NCBI GenBank assembly: GCA_963705375.1
Contig: OY970071.1
Coordinates: 1 to 32,000 of the forward strand
DNA: 32,000 nt
Source of the DNA: Candidatus Saccharimonadota bacterium
Lineage (GTDB): Archaea; Micrarchaeota; Micrarchaeia; Micrarchaeales; Micrarchaeaceae
Reading direction: 5' to 3'
Part shown: in pieces, positions 28,660 to 32,000 of the stretch
Layout: every line of letters begins with the position of its first letter
Position numbering within the stretch: position 1 is the first letter of the stretch
Made by a program: the position numbers and the translations under genes
The notes under the pieces: model-generated
The model's input: the letters and a program-made list of their open reading frames with translations, nothing else
What the model was told of the DNA's origin: nothing
Database searches by the model: none

Positions 28660-30003
28660 TCATATCAGGAAAACGCCGTAATCGCTCCTGCTTGTTATCT
28701 CCCCTCTAAGGCTCTTTGTCATGAGCTTGCTTACCTCCTCTTTCTTGTAGTTGCTGAGGAGCCACGCCATCTTTATGAAAGCTGTCTCTGCTGTCATGTC
28801 GTCCAGGTTGCCTACTACTCCTATTGCCTGTAGGTCTCTCGCGGTGGAGTAGACGTCCATCTGCAGTCTGCCGTATACGCACTGCGACGCCATCGCGACA
28901 GGCATCTTCTTGCACAGCTCACGTATCTCTGCCAGTATCCTTGGGTGCTCTTCTGTGAACTCGTCCACTCTGTTTATCGGTGCCTGGCCTAACGCGAATC
29001 CCTCAATGACAAGCCCGTCGAAACCGCCAAATGCAGCAACTTCCGAAGCATACATGTTGGTGTGCGTCTTCATCAGGCCGACTCTCAGTTTTTCGTTGAA
29101 TAACTTGAGCATCAAGCTGTTGCTGCTTCTCTTGCCGTGCTCTTTTGCTATGAACGAGAGCTCTTTCTTCTTGTAGTTGACTCGTGCAATTGCCGTGGTG
29201 TTTATCGGCCTGAATGCGTCCCTTCTTGACGTGTGCATCTTCCTGGTCTTTGTCGCAGGCAGTATCAGGCATGCGTCGTCGTTCATCGTCTCGTGCATGC
29301 AGATTGCGACTCCTGCGAAATCAGAGTTTGCGATGAAGTATGCAGCGTTTATCAGGTTGCTTGCGGCATCAGTGCTGCCGCGGTCTGAGCTGCGCTGGGC
29401 TCCTACAAGTATGACTGGTATCGGCAATCCCTCAAGCGCAAATGCCAGTGCCGCTGCGCTATAGTGCATCGTGTCCGTTCCGTGCGTTATTATTATGCCG
29501 TCAATGCCCTTCTTTATCTCGTTCTCGATCTCCCTGGCCATGAGGTTGTAGTGTGCAAACCTCATGTCCTCCGACCACATGTTGCGTATTAGTCTCGAGT
29601 CTATGTTCACTATTTCCCTGAGCTCTGGGAACATCTCAAGCAGTTCTTGTGGCGTGAACCTGGCAGTGACTCCGCCTGTCCTGTAATCCACTTTGCTTGC
29701 GATTGTGCCTCCTGTATGAAGTATCGATATCGTCAGCAGCTTCGGGTTCTTCTTTACTTGTACAGGCAATTCCACCGCTTCCTTCGTGGAATGGGCGGTA
29801 AACATCACGTCTTTCATGTTATTTTTGCTGATGCCTATGTTGTAGCCGTTGCTCAGCTTTATCACGAGCGTGCCGGCATCGCCGACGTCCGTCCTTGGCA
29901 TGAGCTCTCCTGTCACTTCTGCGCCTTCCATCTTGACGAGTATGGTGTCGCCTACGCTGATCTTCTTTTTCTTGAACAACTCTTGTAGCTCTTCAGAGTA
30001 CAT
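28660..30003 (-). CDS. gatD: Glutamyl-tRNA(Gln) amidotransferase subunit D (asparaginase-like)
   Basis: It has an N-terminal AD domain, then ISILHTGGTIASKVDYRTGGV (the asparaginase TGGTIA motif) and IIITHGTDTM. Confidence 0.93.
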   Translation of the reverse strand: MYSEELQELFKKKKISVGDTILVKMEGAEVTGELMPRTDVGDAGTLVIKLSNGYNIGISKNNMKDVMFTAHSTKEAVELPVQVKKNPKLLTISILHTGGTIASKVDYRTGGVTARFTPQELLEMFPELREIVNIDSRLIRNMWSEDMRFAHYNLMAREIENEIKKGIDGIIITHGTDTMHYSAAALAFALEGLPIPVILVGAQRSSDRGSTDAASNLINAAYFIANSDFAGVAICMHETMNDDACLILPATKTRKMHTSRRDAFRPINTTAIARVNYKKKELSFIAKEHGKRSSNSLMLKLFNEKLRVGLMKTHTNMYASEVAAFGGFDGLVIEGFALGQAPINRVDEFTEEHPRILAEIRELCKKMPVAMASQCVYGRLQMDVYSTARDLQAIGVVGNLDDMTAETAFIKMAWLLSNYKKEEVSKLMTKSLRGEITSRSDYGVFLI

Positions 30004-30012
30004 GCAAGACCT

Positions 30013-31293
30013 CTATAGCGTCGTGCCGTAAAGCACATTTGCGGATGCGCCCTTTATCCTAACATCGTAGTGAGAACCCAGGGCAATGTCTGAATGTGCA
30101 TCTTCATTTCTTATAACTATCTCCCTGTATGACCTGTTCCTTCCGTTGAACGACTTTGGCGTTCTCTCTGTGATCAGCGTTCCGAAGCGCTCACCTATCA
30201 GCCTGTCGGTTATGCTATGCTGCACAACGCGCACAGCGCTAAACATCCTGGTGCTTCTTTCCTTTATCAATTCATTAGTGTGCTGCTTCATCTTAGATGC
30301 TGTGGTGTGCGGCCTGGCGCTAAACTTTGATATGTTAGTTACCTCTGGCCTTGCCCTCTTCATGAGCTCTATGCTCTGGTCGAAGTCGCTCTCTGTTTCG
30401 GCAGGGAAGCCAACTATGACATCGGTCTCTATCGTCACTTCGGGCACAGCATGGCGCAGCTCTTTGACGCAATGCTCGAACTCTTCAACGGTGTACTGCC
30501 TTCTCATCGATTCAAGGACGCTGTCGCTGCCTGCCTGGACCGGTATGTGCACGAACTTGTAGAATCTGCTGCACGTCAGCGCGTCGGCAAACTCGTCAAG
30601 ATACTTTAGCAGGTGCACAGGGTTTATCATCCCTATGCGCACCAAGAAATCTCCGTCAAGAGCAGAGATCTTCTGCATGAGCTTTGGGATGTCTGTCCCG
30701 GTATCAAGGCCGTAAGCGCCGACGTCCTGCGATGTTAGCTGTATCTCCTTTGCTCCATTCGCCACACTGCACCTTATTGCCTCCAGTATCCTGTCTTCAG
30801 AGAAGCTGTTCAAAGGCCCTCTTGCAAGCTTCGTTTCGCAGAAGCTGCAGTTGCTGACACAGCCCTCGCTTATCGCGACCTTCGATATGGCTCTATCGCT
30901 CGGCCTGAAGAACGCGAGCCTGTCAAGCTTTGAATAGGTATTGAGCACGACTCTCTCGCCCTTGAACGCGCTCCTCACCGCTTCTGCCATGAGCGGCATG
31001 TTGCTTGTAGTCACAATGCTTGCATTAGGTGCATATTTTTCTATGAGGTCCTGGTTTGCTGCAGCCATGCACCCTGTCACAACGAGCATCTTTCTGGATT
31101 TGCTCAGGTTTCCTAGCGCGTATAGTATCTTTTGCGCAGTCTGCCTCTTCACAGTGCACGTGTTGATTATCGCGACATCGGCATCTGCCTGGCGCTGCGC
31201 CTGCTCGATGCCGTTGTCCTCAAGTATCGCTGCTATCATGTCGCTGTCTGCCTGGTTGAGCGTGCAGCCATAGGTTTTTATATGCACTCGCAT
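30013..31293 (-). CDS. Radical-SAM methylthiotransferase, archaeal MiaB/MtaB-like (CDKAL1-type)
   Basis: It has the N-terminal UPF0004 domain (IKTYGCTLNQADS...INTCTV...GC), the radical-SAM motif GCVSNCSFCE (CxxxCxxC), and a C-terminal TRAM-like segment. Confidence 0.85.
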   Translation of the reverse strand: MRVHIKTYGCTLNQADSDMIAAILEDNGIEQAQRQADADVAIINTCTVKRQTAQKILYALGNLSKSRKMLVVTGCMAAANQDLIEKYAPNASIVTTSNMPLMAEAVRSAFKGERVVLNTYSKLDRLAFFRPSDRAISKVAISEGCVSNCSFCETKLARGPLNSFSEDRILEAIRCSVANGAKEIQLTSQDVGAYGLDTGTDIPKLMQKISALDGDFLVRIGMINPVHLLKYLDEFADALTCSRFYKFVHIPVQAGSDSVLESMRRQYTVEEFEHCVKELRHAVPEVTIETDVIVGFPAETESDFDQSIELMKRARPEVTNISKFSARPHTTASKMKQHTNELIKERSTRMFSAVRVVQHSITDRLIGERFGTLITERTPKSFNGRNRSYREIVIRNEDAHSDIALGSHYDVRIKGASANVLYGTTL

Positions 31294-31377
31294 AATATCA
31301 TTAACTGTCTGACATAAGTCGCTTTCCAGCTTGTGCTGATATTATCTCAGGCCGCTTATAAAACATTTGGTGAACGT

Positions 31378-31605
31378 ATGACAATTTCATGTGAACGCTG
31401 CAAGAACGAGGTATTCAAGTACGAGCCCTGCAACTATTGCGGCAGGAAGCTGTGCTACAGCTGCATAAGGAGCTCGCAGAGGCCAGAGAAGACCACTCGA
31501 CTTGTGATATGCAAGGACTGCTGGAGCGATATGAAGAAACGTACAGCATTCAAGAACAAGAAGGTGCTCTCGGACTTCAAGACTGAGAAGAAGCCTGCTG
31601 CTTGA
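31378..31605 (+). CDS. Small Cys8 cross-brace zinc-finger protein with a basic tail
   Basis: MTISCERCKNEVFKYEPCNYCGRKLCYSCIRSS...RLVICKDCW has the spacing C-x2-C-x9-C-x2-C-x4-C-x2-C-x15-C-x2-C. The ORF-track start at 31333 (GTG) is less likely than ATG 31378. Confidence 0.6.
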   Translation: MTISCERCKNEVFKYEPCNYCGRKLCYSCIRSSQRPEKTTRLVICKDCWSDMKKRTAFKNKKVLSDFKTEKKPAA

Positions 31606-32000
31606 ACAAAACAACGCCTATTTACTTTGGGGGTGGTTCGCTGAAGATAATCTTCGTTAGGCATGGTTCTACTGCTCGAAACGAGAATCACACGCACCAG
31701 AACAAAGAAGAGCCTCTTTCTAAGGAAGGGTTAATACAGGCCGAAAGAGTGGCCAACCGGCTGAAAGGAGTGAAAGCGGATCTGATACTATCTAGCAGGT
31801 GCAGAAGAGCAGTGCAGACTGCGCATGCCATATCAAACTCGATAGGGAAGCGCGTTATATACACAAGCCTGCTGAATGAACTGGCAGATCCTTCCGAATT
31901 TTTTGGCAAGGAGTATGTAGTGGATTCCGTCGTCCGCATCGCTGAAGAAATACGTGCGCATGCTGCAGATCCGAAGTGGCATTATTCCGACGAGGAAAAT
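31602..32000 (+). CDS. Histidine phosphatase (phosphoglycerate-mutase-like) family protein, 3'-partial
   Basis: It is absent from the ORF track because it runs off the window. My hand translation is ...LKIIFVRHGSTARNENHTHQNKEEPLSKEGLIQAERVANRLKGVKADLILSSRCRRAVQTAHAI..., which carries the RHG.T..N catalytic motif and SS...RA.qTA. The start is uncertain. TTG 31602 is the only standard start in frame upstream of the motif. Confidence 0.7.
   Translation, partial: MNKTTPIYFGGGSLKIIFVRHGSTARNENHTHQNKEEPLSKEGLIQAERVANRLKGVKADLILSSRCRRAVQTAHAISNSIGKRVIYTSLLNELADPSEFFGKEYVVDSVVRIAEEIRAHAADPKWHYSDEEN

Overview
Archaeal chromosomal window, about 47% GC by eye. The archaeal origin is supported by split RNA polymerase subunits, GatD/GatE, ribosomal protein eL40 and an intron-containing tRNA. 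I guess a DPANN/Micrarchaeota-like or similar small-genome lineage, but I cannot verify that without a database search.

The conserved backbone consists of:
- the tightly packed rpoH-rpoB2-rpoB1-rpoA1-rpoA2 operon (5415-12531, minus strand), followed by ksgA;
- a PRC-barrel / eL40 / winged-helix trio;
- a fused PyrE-PyrF gene;
- argH;
- tRNA-Gly with an intron;
- a CE4 deacetylase;
- gatD, a small membrane ORF, gatE and an MtaB-like radical-SAM enzyme;
- a Cys8 zinc finger;
- a partial histidine phosphatase.

Three accessory patches of orphan genes interrupt this backbone:
1. 1.8-4.5 kb holds an orphan gene, an ankyrin-repeat protein and a solo IS200-type tnpA. It is bracketed by the intact ksgA 3' end and a diverged ksgA C-terminal relic.
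2. 12.7-15.7 kb holds four co-oriented orphan genes, including two tandem paralogs. Two related GAAG...CTTC palindromes lie in its intergenic gaps.
3. 22.85-25.07 kb holds three orphan genes between a C-terminally short argH and tRNA-Gly. A perfect 19-bp copy of the tRNA 3' end lies exactly 800 bp from the gene.

I saw no CRISPR array, no rRNA, and no recognisable integrase, nuclease or toxin domain. All functional calls come from reading motifs by eye, with no searches run. The 'novel system' proposals are hypotheses.
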